Shown here piece after piece: positions 19,722-27,656 of a stretch of 64,000 nt of DNA (the stretch's first letter is position 1; each line of letters begins with the position of its first letter). The DNA comes from Spirochaetota bacterium (GTDB lineage Bacteria; Spirochaetota; UBA4802; UBA5550). The position numbers and the translations under genes were made by a program. Under the pieces are notes generated by a model. It made no database searches, was not told where the DNA came from, and saw only the letters and a list, made by a program, of their open reading frames with translations. Location of the stretch: assembly GCA_963664815.2 (NCBI GenBank), contig CAXXHB010000003.1:2400001-2464000 (forward strand), given 5' to 3'.

Positions 19722-21056
19722 TTAATACTGGTGAAAAGATATTTTCCTTTTTCCCGTTCCGGGAATATAATCAATACAACAAATCTCAGATACAACCTTA
19801 ATTTCAAGAATTCCGTTCTTCATTGATTCATAAACTCCCTGTATCATGGAAAGTCCATTGTATACTTCCTGTTCATTAACAGGTTGATTTATTTTAATAA
19901 CTTTAATTTCAAGCACTGTAACTCCATCATGTTTGAAACATGATGCTTTATAATCGACAATACCGTCAATCTTCAGCAGACTTTCATCCAGCTCTGATAT
20001 TCCCAGCATATACCCGCCATGTAAAACAATCATTGAATTTATTCTGTACCGTATATAATCCATTCTGCGGAGTCCGGTACCGCATGGACAGTCACCGGGG
20101 ATAAAACGCGACATATCCCCTGTACGATAACGGATCAGCGGCATTCCATTCCTGGTAAGAGTGGTAAAGACTACTTCTCCATACTCCCCGTCAGGAAGAA
20201 TTTTACCGGAATCGGGATCAACTATTTCAAAATATAAATCAGCTTCACGCAGATGATAACCGCTATGACTGCAGCAGTCAATAGCACCGCCAAGTCCCAT
20301 CTCTGTCATGCCGTAGTGATTGAATACCTCACAACCGAAGATTCTCTCAAGTTCACTTACAATACCGGCAGATACGTAATCTGTGCTCAGCAGAATGCCC
20401 CTGACATGAATTTCAGTCTCCCTGTTTAACTCATAAAATCTTGCCAGTGCCAGAAGCTGAACAGGAATCCCGACAATTACGTTGACATTAAACTCTGATA
20501 TAATATTAAGTGCCCCGGCTATATCCCTTACAACACCATACTTCACCGGTATTGCTCCGAATCTGATTACTGCTTCCGCAAGAAGGTCTCCGACACTGCC
20601 GGGCCTCTCACACGGGAGAAGAATCATAACCCTGTCTCCCGGCAATGTAAGCGTGGACATACCCTGTATAAAAAAATCTATTGTCAGTTCCTGATCTTCA
20701 GTTGTAAAGTAAACCCGCTTCGGACTTCCGGTAGTGCCTGAACTGTCAAGAGTAACAACACGATTAATCGCATCCTGTGATACGCAAAGCATCTGAAGCG
20801 CATTATTTCGTATATCCGTTTCCGAAGTAAACGGGAAAGAGGCAAAATCATCAAAAGAAAAAATATTAAGCTCTGCGAAATCTTTCAGATGCCTCCTGTA
20901 AAAAATACTCCGCTCACAGGCAAAACCAACCGTCTCCCTTATCCTCTCCATCTGGTACATAGCGAGATCTTTCGGTAAAGCATTACCGGAACATGGATTA
21001 ATTCTGTTTCTTATCCAGAAGTCCAGCGGAGTTATTTTCCCTGTTGTTTTAATCAT
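19722..21056 (-). CDS. PaaK-like AMP-dependent CoA ligase (DVU_1553 family-like)
   Basis: SSGTTGSPK P-loop, HYGMTE, GEVVFTTL, PLIRYRTGD; start set at the ATG at 21056, overlapping the radical SAM stop. Confidence 0.88.
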   Translation of the reverse strand: MIKTTGKITPLDFWIRNRINPCSGNALPKDLAMYQMERIRETVGFACERSIFYRRHLKDFAELNIFSFDDFASFPFTSETDIRNNALQMLCVSQDAINRVVTLDSSGTTGSPKRVYFTTEDQELTIDFFIQGMSTLTLPGDRVMILLPCERPGSVGDLLAEAVIRFGAIPVKYGVVRDIAGALNIISEFNVNVIVGIPVQLLALARFYELNRETEIHVRGILLSTDYVSAGIVSELERIFGCEVFNHYGMTEMGLGGAIDCCSHSGYHLREADLYFEIVDPDSGKILPDGEYGEVVFTTLTRNGMPLIRYRTGDMSRFIPGDCPCGTGLRRMDYIRYRINSMIVLHGGYMLGISELDESLLKIDGIVDYKASCFKHDGVTVLEIKVIKINQPVNEQEVYNGLSMIQGVYESMKNGILEIKVVSEICCIDYIPGTGKRKISFHQY

Positions 21057-22449
21057 TCCCGGATCGATGTCCCCTATAGAGGCTTTTACCGTCTCTTGAT
21101 GTAAGATTATACGCACAGAACGGGATAAGTTTTCCGTCACGGCTTACAACGTGAATAATGCACTCTTTCAAACGATTAATTTCCATTGTCCAGGCATCCT
21201 GAAAAGCCATTCCCGATATACATATTGTATGGGTCTTTACTCTTTCAAGGAATATATCGAGACTTTGAGTATTGATTCCCGGATCATCCGTCCTGCTTAT
21301 TTTTTTTAAAGATCCGTGACCGTTTTTATTATCACAGCATACCGGAGAAGCCCACTGTTTCGCTACAAATAATCTTGCCTTTTTCGAACCTTCAGCGGTA
21401 ACAGCCGGGTTTGAACAACATCCTGTTAAATTCTCCTGGTTCCATGGTTTCAGTTCACCATCCTGCATCTGAATAAAATTACCATGGAAGGAGCAATATG
21501 GGTTTTCACCACCTGGAGGTATAAAGTTTGCAGATTTCATTGCTCCGCCTGTCTGTATTTCAATATCACGGATTATTTCAGGTATTGTAATTCTTTTCCC
21601 GTCCATCACCGGATATCTGCCGAAATAGCTGACAGGCTGAAAATGCACCCCTCTTACATGAGGGAGGTTTTCTATGGCAAACTTTATAATTTCACCTATA
21701 TGATCTGTATTAATTCCGGGAATGAGTGTTGGCACCAGAACTACTCCAAGTCCCGCTTTTGCACAGTTTTCAACCGTTTTAAACTTCAGACTCATCAGGT
21801 CTGCACCACGAAGATACCTGTGAATACTGTCGTTCATTCCGTCAAACTGAAGAAAAACGCAGTTAAGCCCCGCATCACGAAGCTTCTCTGCATATCCCGG
21901 TTCATTTGCAAGTCTTATACCGTTTGTATTTAACTGTATAAATGTAAATCCCATATCAAATCCAAGTCTTATTATATCCGGGAGATCATCACGCATGGTA
22001 GGTTCACCGCCAGACAACTGAATGTTAAAAGGTCCGCCGCTCTCCATCAGCATACGATACCATTCAGCAATCTCTTCAATCGTCGGATCATCAGTTTCCG
22101 GTGCACCCGAAGAGGCGAAGCATACAGGACACTTCAGATTGCACCTGCCTGTTATTTCAATGAGAACGCAGCATGTCTGCTGCCGATGTTCAGCGCATAG
22201 TCCGCAGTCGTAGGGACAGCCCCGTGATGTTTCTGCGGCACACAGAGAAGGTTTTGACGGGATCTTTTCCCTGTTCCACCCTTCATAATCAGGTTTACCA
22301 TCCCAGATCTTCACACTGAACCTGCCATGATCCGGACAGTTTTTTTCAAGAAATATTATTTCTCCATCACTGATTTTACATGACGGTATAAGCTTCAGGC
22401 ATTCAGGACATACACTTTCTGAATCACTCCCGGCATTTTTAAAGCGCAT
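21049..22449 (-). CDS. trsS: multi-cluster radical SAM enzyme, MJ0619/Tes-like (TrsS family-like)
   Basis: CPEC...CPDHG, CPYDCGLCAEH, CNLKCPVC (CxxxCxxC), SGGEPT, LQFDG, RGVHFQPVSYFGR, C-terminal IPFCAYN; symbol from recalled family name. Confidence 0.85.
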   Translation of the reverse strand: MRFKNAGSDSESVCPECLKLIPSCKISDGEIIFLEKNCPDHGRFSVKIWDGKPDYEGWNREKIPSKPSLCAAETSRGCPYDCGLCAEHRQQTCCVLIEITGRCNLKCPVCFASSGAPETDDPTIEEIAEWYRMLMESGGPFNIQLSGGEPTMRDDLPDIIRLGFDMGFTFIQLNTNGIRLANEPGYAEKLRDAGLNCVFLQFDGMNDSIHRYLRGADLMSLKFKTVENCAKAGLGVVLVPTLIPGINTDHIGEIIKFAIENLPHVRGVHFQPVSYFGRYPVMDGKRITIPEIIRDIEIQTGGAMKSANFIPPGGENPYCSFHGNFIQMQDGELKPWNQENLTGCCSNPAVTAEGSKKARLFVAKQWASPVCCDNKNGHGSLKKISRTDDPGINTQSLDIFLERVKTHTICISGMAFQDAWTMEINRLKECIIHVVSRDGKLIPFCAYNLTSRDGKSLYRGHRSGND

Positions 22450-22452
22450 AAA

Positions 22453-22761
22453 TCACTCCACTGCCGCATTATTACCGACTATTTCGGTTAAAACAGATTC
22501 AAATCTTTTTTTACTCTCATCAGCACTTTCCGCCGGGAACATCGCTTTGAAAGCAACATCCCGGAGAACACCGATTATTTTTGTTCCATCCTGATAAGTT
22601 ATACTGAAAGAAGGTTTGGGGAAATTTTTGTGAATTATAATATCTGCGTTTTTTTCAAATCTGTTTATAAATTCTTCTGTAAATTTAAAATTAAACCGGT
22701 ACTGGAAAACAGCGGATTTACTTATGCAATTGTCGACTTTTTTAATCTCATAAAGGCTCAT
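22453..22761 (-). CDS. hypothetical 102-aa protein coupled to the desulfurase gene
   Basis: ATGA overlap with the upstream gene, AAGGAG RBS, single N-terminal Cys. Confidence 0.75.
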   Translation of the reverse strand: MSLYEIKKVDNCISKSAVFQYRFNFKFTEEFINRFEKNADIIIHKNFPKPSFSITYQDGTKIIGVLRDVAFKAMFPAESADESKKRFESVLTEIVGNNAAVE

Positions 22762-23882
22762 TCAAGAATACTCCTTACCGCAGAGATTGCATAGTCAATT
22801 TCGTCGTCTGTAGTAAATCTTGATATGCTGAACCTTATGTTTCCGGATGGCCCGGTATCAAGAAACCTGTGAATCAGGGGTGCGCAATGCAGTCCGGTTC
22901 GGCATACAATATCAAAACTTTTAAAAAGAATCTCTCCAGCCTCTTCAGATTCCAGGCCGGGAATATTAAACGATACCACCGGCGTACGCGGCGCGGAGAC
23001 TTTAACCGTAATGGCTCCTGCCTCTATTAATCCATCTGACAGATGCTCAATTTTCCTGTTCAGCACATCAGGTTCAACCGGATTATCCTTCTGCCATTTT
23101 AAAGCAGCAGCCAGTCCGGCAAATGAAGAATCATTGGGAGTTCCAGCCTCAAACCTGACAGGCATTTCAGCCGGCATTTCATCCATATCACTGTGAATTC
23201 CTGTCCCGCCTACCCAGACAGGATTCAGCTCAATATCTTCAGATATATACAGACCGCCGGTGCCGGCAGGACCCAGCAGGTATTTATGACCGGTAAACGC
23301 CACAAGATCAACACCCCATAATTCAGGAGTAACATCGGTAATTCCCATAGTCTGCGAGGCATCGAGAAGAACTACTGCTCCATGTTTCCTCGCAATTCCG
23401 GCAAGCTCTGACACATTGTTGATACAGCCTGTAACATTTGACGCATGAGCAAGCACTACCATCTGTGGTGATAATTTTATGACGGCCCTTTCAAATTCAT
23501 CTGTTATTACTCTCCCTGATATATCAACGGGGATTATCTCGGTTTTTACATTTGAATTCATGGCAAGATAATGAAGAGGCCTCAGTACCGAATTATGTTC
23601 TGCTGCTGATGTAACAACGGATGAATTTCTGCTCCACCTGAAACCATGCAGTGCAATATTAAGCGCATGAGTTGCATTCGCGCAATTGACAATTCGCGAA
23701 GCGTCGGAAATCTTCATATACCCGGCAAGCAGTGTTCGTGAGTCCGGTTTGTTATCACTGTAATCAAAACCTGACCTTGCCGCATGAAACGGGATTCCAC
23801 GGATTGCGTCAGCTACTGCTTCTGCCGTTCCGGGAGCCTTGGGCCATGATGTAGCCGCATTGTTGAAATAATATACCTTCAT
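22758..23882 (-). CDS. cysteine desulfurase-like class V PLP enzyme
   Basis: NAATSWPK, EHNSV, HASNVTG, DASQ, FTGHK (PLP Lys), EAGTPN, RTGLHCAP (catalytic Cys). Confidence 0.9.
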   Translation of the reverse strand: MKVYYFNNAATSWPKAPGTAEAVADAIRGIPFHAARSGFDYSDNKPDSRTLLAGYMKISDASRIVNCANATHALNIALHGFRWSRNSSVVTSAAEHNSVLRPLHYLAMNSNVKTEIIPVDISGRVITDEFERAVIKLSPQMVVLAHASNVTGCINNVSELAGIARKHGAVVLLDASQTMGITDVTPELWGVDLVAFTGHKYLLGPAGTGGLYISEDIELNPVWVGGTGIHSDMDEMPAEMPVRFEAGTPNDSSFAGLAAALKWQKDNPVEPDVLNRKIEHLSDGLIEAGAITVKVSAPRTPVVSFNIPGLESEEAGEILFKSFDIVCRTGLHCAPLIHRFLDTGPSGNIRFSISRFTTDDEIDYAISAVRSILE

Positions 23883-25024
23883 ATCAATACCACTTCAGCT
23901 TTCAGAAAAGATTCAAGATCACTCACTCCGGTAATTTTTTCAATTCTCTCTTTTATTATATGCGCGTTTTTTTCCCGTTTTTCAATATTAGATATAATCC
24001 CGGGATTATCTGAAGATTTTCCTGCAGACTTCCGGAACCTCTCATCAAGAGAAATAAAAACAGTTTCTTTAACAAACTTATCAGCAAGATATATAACTGA
24101 CATTTCATCAACATCCCCGCTGTCAGGATTAATTTCAATATCCATATGTCCCGCTATTACTTTTGCCACATCAGGGTATCCATGCTTGTATAAAATTGAC
24201 GCCCCCTCAGATGCATGACCAGGCTTATCCCTTGCTATATCATGCAGCATGGAGCCCGCCATGATTAAATAAATATCAAGATCAACAGAACCTCTGTCTT
24301 TCAGCAGCTTTGCGATCCTGCATGATATTTCACATACAGCTTTTCCATGTTCATTTACTTTATCCGGAGTTTTATATATTGATAAAAGCGCGGCACATTC
24401 CTCCGCTGAAGGAGCATTACTGTGACACAGATATCTCTCTGCATTACGAAAGTCTTCAGGTGTATCCATATCCATAACCACTGACTGATCAGCCAGTTCA
24501 ACATTCACGGAATCATCTTCAAATCTTGCAAGAACCGAACGGAGATTTTCTGATTTTTCAGACGAAAGAATTTCTTTGATATACGCAGATGATATAAAGG
24601 GGGGATGACCTCTTTCTCCTGAAAAGCATGGATAAATAATCCCTTTCCCTGAATTTCTGAATTCTTCCAGAATAACTTTCACTGTCCCCGGTTTAACCAT
24701 AGGCATATCGCCGGGGAGTATGAATATTCCAGAAGTATTATCTGAAATACTTTTCAACCCGGAGAGCACAGATGAGAACATCCCGTCCTGATAGTTTTCA
24801 TTCAATATAAATTGAATCCCTTTCCCATCCAGCAGTGATATTATTTCTCCAGCCCTGTAACCTGCAACTATTCTGATCTCAGATATACCGGCACTCCTGA
24901 AACAGTCCGCTGCACTTTCAATTACAGTTTTCCCGTTGAGCTTCATCAACGGCTTGAATTCACCCATACGGGAAGAATAACCTGCAGCAAGTATTACCGC
25001 TACGATTTTGTCTTCTCTGCACAT
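23879..25024 (-). CDS. MocA-like nucleotidyltransferase fused to an HD domain (DVU_1551 family-like)
   Basis: LAAGYSSRMG..K, GMFSS, GDMP, GHP, DMDTPED; C-terminal H...LHDIAR...H...H...LADK. Confidence 0.88.
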   Translation of the reverse strand: MCREDKIVAVILAAGYSSRMGEFKPLMKLNGKTVIESAADCFRSAGISEIRIVAGYRAGEIISLLDGKGIQFILNENYQDGMFSSVLSGLKSISDNTSGIFILPGDMPMVKPGTVKVILEEFRNSGKGIIYPCFSGERGHPPFISSAYIKEILSSEKSENLRSVLARFEDDSVNVELADQSVVMDMDTPEDFRNAERYLCHSNAPSAEECAALLSIYKTPDKVNEHGKAVCEISCRIAKLLKDRGSVDLDIYLIMAGSMLHDIARDKPGHASEGASILYKHGYPDVAKVIAGHMDIEINPDSGDVDEMSVIYLADKFVKETVFISLDERFRKSAGKSSDNPGIISNIEKREKNAHIIKERIEKITGVSDLESFLKAEVVLI

Positions 25025-26070
25025 TTTTCACGTTCTGCTCTTACCATGATAAGTTCTGCAACTATACTTACAGCAATCTCTTCAGGACTCTCAGCTTTTA
25101 TATCAAGGCCTATCGGAGAGTGTACTCTGGCAAAATCCTCATCAACATATCCGAACTCTTCTGAAAGCTTTTTATATGTTATTTCACGTTTTTTCCTGCT
25201 GCCTATCATACCAATATACGTTACATGCTTTCTTATTACCTGCTGAAGGACAGTTTTATCGAAAAGATGCCCTCTTGTCACAATAACAAGGTAACTGTCC
25301 TGGTCAGTAATAATGTCAGGCAATGGATTCTCAAACGATTCCAGAAGAACTATTTCCGATGTGGGGAATCTCAGTCTGTTCGCATACTCAGGCCGGTCAT
25401 CTATTACAACTGTTTTGAAACCTACCATCTCGGCAACAGGTGCAATTTTCTGTGATACATGTCCCGCCCCGAATATATAAACCGTACTTGTTTTTACTAC
25501 CGGCTCAACAAGGATTCTCCAGTCAGAAAGAACTTCGGAATGAATTGTTATCCTCGCAGGACCCTCTATGATCTTTGTCAGAAATGCCCTGTCACTCTCA
25601 AATTTTCCCGTCAATGTATGATCCTGCTTAACCAGACACTGTTGCTTTTCACCACTGTTTTTTACACCTGTACCGACTCCGGTAATAAGCCAGGCTTTTT
25701 CTCTTTTATTCCTTACTTCAACAATACTTTTATAAATCTCAAGGTTTAATGGATCATCTGAATCTATATAGTCTACAAGAAATTCACCGGCACCGCCGCA
25801 TATCATATTCATATCAGAAGCATCAGCACCTGTAAGATTGAAAACTCTTGTAACGGGGGTTCTGGTTTTATATACATCCATAGCCATGCTCATCGCTTCA
25901 GCCTCCAGTTTCCCGCCGCCGATTGTTCCACAGATAGATCCATCCCCACGTACTGTCATTTTTGCACCGGCATCACGTGGAGCCGATCCCGACAGGCTGA
26001 ATATTGTCACAACGACTATACTCTTCTTTTCAGATAAAAACTTTACAATATCCTCATATACATTATTCAT
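25000..26070 (-). CDS. xdhC: XdhC/CoxF Moco sulfuration and insertion chaperone
   Basis: GSAPR, GTIGGG-x-LE, ICGG, FGAGHV, YIGMIGS, PIGLDI...PEEIAVSI. Confidence 0.92.
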   Translation of the reverse strand: MNNVYEDIVKFLSEKKSIVVVTIFSLSGSAPRDAGAKMTVRGDGSICGTIGGGKLEAEAMSMAMDVYKTRTPVTRVFNLTGADASDMNMICGGAGEFLVDYIDSDDPLNLEIYKSIVEVRNKREKAWLITGVGTGVKNSGEKQQCLVKQDHTLTGKFESDRAFLTKIIEGPARITIHSEVLSDWRILVEPVVKTSTVYIFGAGHVSQKIAPVAEMVGFKTVVIDDRPEYANRLRFPTSEIVLLESFENPLPDIITDQDSYLVIVTRGHLFDKTVLQQVIRKHVTYIGMIGSRKKREITYKKLSEEFGYVDEDFARVHSPIGLDIKAESPEEIAVSIVAELIMVRAEREKCAEKTKS

Positions 26071-26522
26071 TACTTCTCCTCAGTTTTCCCGGATAAATCA
26101 TATTCATTTTTTTTTAATATTTCTTTCACTTTTTCAAATGTCTTAAGAACAATCTGCGGACACCTTTCATTCATGTTCTGAGGATTGTCTTCGAGTATAT
26201 CCCTGCAGTTTATCCCGCCGAACTTTAAGCCGAATTCATCTTCAAACCATTGTACAAGCTCTGAAATCATTTCATTATGCCGGCTGTCATCGGTTTCTTC
26301 AGGAGAACCCTTCCCCGCATAAAGTGATATCAGGCATGCACCCCCGGAGAGAGCTCCGCAGTTTTTGCCGCTGAATCCCAATCCGCCGGCAAGGCCGTTC
26401 ATTGCACGTATAAGGTCAGGATTGCTTTTACCGTTAGCCTCCAGTCCCATCATAAGAAGAATCTGGCTGCATAAAAATCCCTGCTGTGCAAGTTCAATAA
26501 TTTTAAACAGTTCTTCATTCAT
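26070..26522 (-). CDS. C-GCAxxG-C-C family redox protein (DVU_1555 family-like)
   Basis: G-x2-CSQ, CGALSGGAC, NCRDIL, C-terminal CPQIV. Confidence 0.85.
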   Translation of the reverse strand: MNEELFKIIELAQQGFLCSQILLMMGLEANGKSNPDLIRAMNGLAGGLGFSGKNCGALSGGACLISLYAGKGSPEETDDSRHNEMISELVQWFEDEFGLKFGGINCRDILEDNPQNMNERCPQIVLKTFEKVKEILKKNEYDLSGKTEEK

Positions 26523-26633
26523 GTTTCTACCCCTGGAAGAGTTTTCAAAATTATAATCTACATCATTTTAAACCTATATCTTTTTAAACATACATTATTT
26601 TACGGAATAATCAGGCCTTGTCATTCCGAGCGG

Positions 26634-26713
26634 ATGTGAGTGCTTCGGCCCCGTTCAGCCACCGTTTATAACGGTCTGTGAGCCTGCCGAACTGCTCAAT
26701 CGCTATCGCTTCT
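26634..26713. repeat. dispersed REP-like element, copy A
   Basis: 56/65 identity with 49029-49093; internal TTCGGC...GCCGAA and ACCGTT/AACGGT palindromes. Confidence 0.75.
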
Positions 26714-27449
26714 CCGCTATTAGAGAAAAATATCCCGGCTTCAATGCCGACGCAGCATTCATAAAAGCCTTCATATTGTTTTCACCAGATAACCCGCATT
26801 TAAACAATCCGCAGACAGGTACATCATTCAGGATAAGTCCTGCTATGAACTCTCTCCATAGCTGTGAATAATCTTTCCACTCCAGAATTTTCAATTCTGA
26901 ATCTTCAATATTTTTTATAATCTCACTATATGTTAAAGCGCCGGAGAGTACACCGGGCGGATTTCCTTCTGAAGTTCCTGCTTCAGTTCCATTACGTATA
27001 TAGATATCAGACATTGCAAGCCTCCCTCCATGGCCAAGAACACGCCCTATCTCTTTCAATACACGATTTATATTTCCGGTTGCCGACAGGCTGCATTCTG
27101 CAATTACACCGTCAAATGATTCATTCTTAAAGGGAAGAAATCCGGCATCCCCCTGTACCAGTTTCAGAAATGGAAATTTACTGAGTCCATTTATTAAAAG
27201 TGATCCTGAAATATCAATACCTGCAGCTTTAAACAGATATTTCCTCTCGAGAAGCTCAATACTTATCCCCTGTCCGCATCCTGTGTCAAGAATCCTCGCC
27301 CCATTTTTAAAACCAGCAGATTCAATCAGACGTTCTGTAAGAAGTAATCCACCGGGCCTTACACCTTCAGGAAAAAGTGAGAATAAGCTGTTATCATAAG
27401 GATTTAACAGCTCTTTTTCAACAGGTTTTAAAGATAAAACAGGATTCAT
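26703..27449 (-). CDS. class I SAM methyltransferase (DVU_1556 family-like)
   Basis: RPGGL, LDTGCGQG, GID, LPF...FD, AECSLS; start set at the ATG at 27449 (ATGA overlap). Confidence 0.85.
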   Translation of the reverse strand: MNPVLSLKPVEKELLNPYDNSLFSLFPEGVRPGGLLLTERLIESAGFKNGARILDTGCGQGISIELLERKYLFKAAGIDISGSLLINGLSKFPFLKLVQGDAGFLPFKNESFDGVIAECSLSATGNINRVLKEIGRVLGHGGRLAMSDIYIRNGTEAGTSEGNPPGVLSGALTYSEIIKNIEDSELKILEWKDYSQLWREFIAGLILNDVPVCGLFKCGLSGENNMKAFMNAASALKPGYFSLIAEKR

Positions 27450-27646
27450 TTGTCCTCTAATGCTTTTTCCGCCATATCCATCTTCCCCAGAGCGAGATCT
27501 TCCGGAATATATACAAGCCCGCATTTCGGACATTTCAACAGGTCAACAGGAAAGCTGCTGCTCAGATATGTAAGTGTAACCTTCCCTGGCGTCAAATCTA
27601 TACCGCATTTACCACATTCCAGGCCTGACTGAATACTTTTACCCAT
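27446..27646 (-). CDS. small CxxC/CxxCG redox or zinc-ribbon protein (DVU_1557 family-like)
   Basis: CGKC...CPKCG, ends ALEDK; translationally coupled to neighbours. Confidence 0.82.
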   Translation of the reverse strand: MGKSIQSGLECGKCGIDLTPGKVTLTYLSSSFPVDLLKCPKCGLVYIPEDLALGKMDMAEKALEDK

Positions 27647-27656
27647 TCTCCATACT

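Noticed and set aside
22447-22455. In-frame TGA-TTT-ATG between the 102-aa gene and the radical SAM gene, a possible selenocysteine readthrough fusion
   Set aside because: GGAG just before the TGA serves as the RBS for the next ATG, the TGA is not in a Cys-type motif and no SECIS-like hairpin was evident. I saw no internal TGA interrupting any cluster gene.
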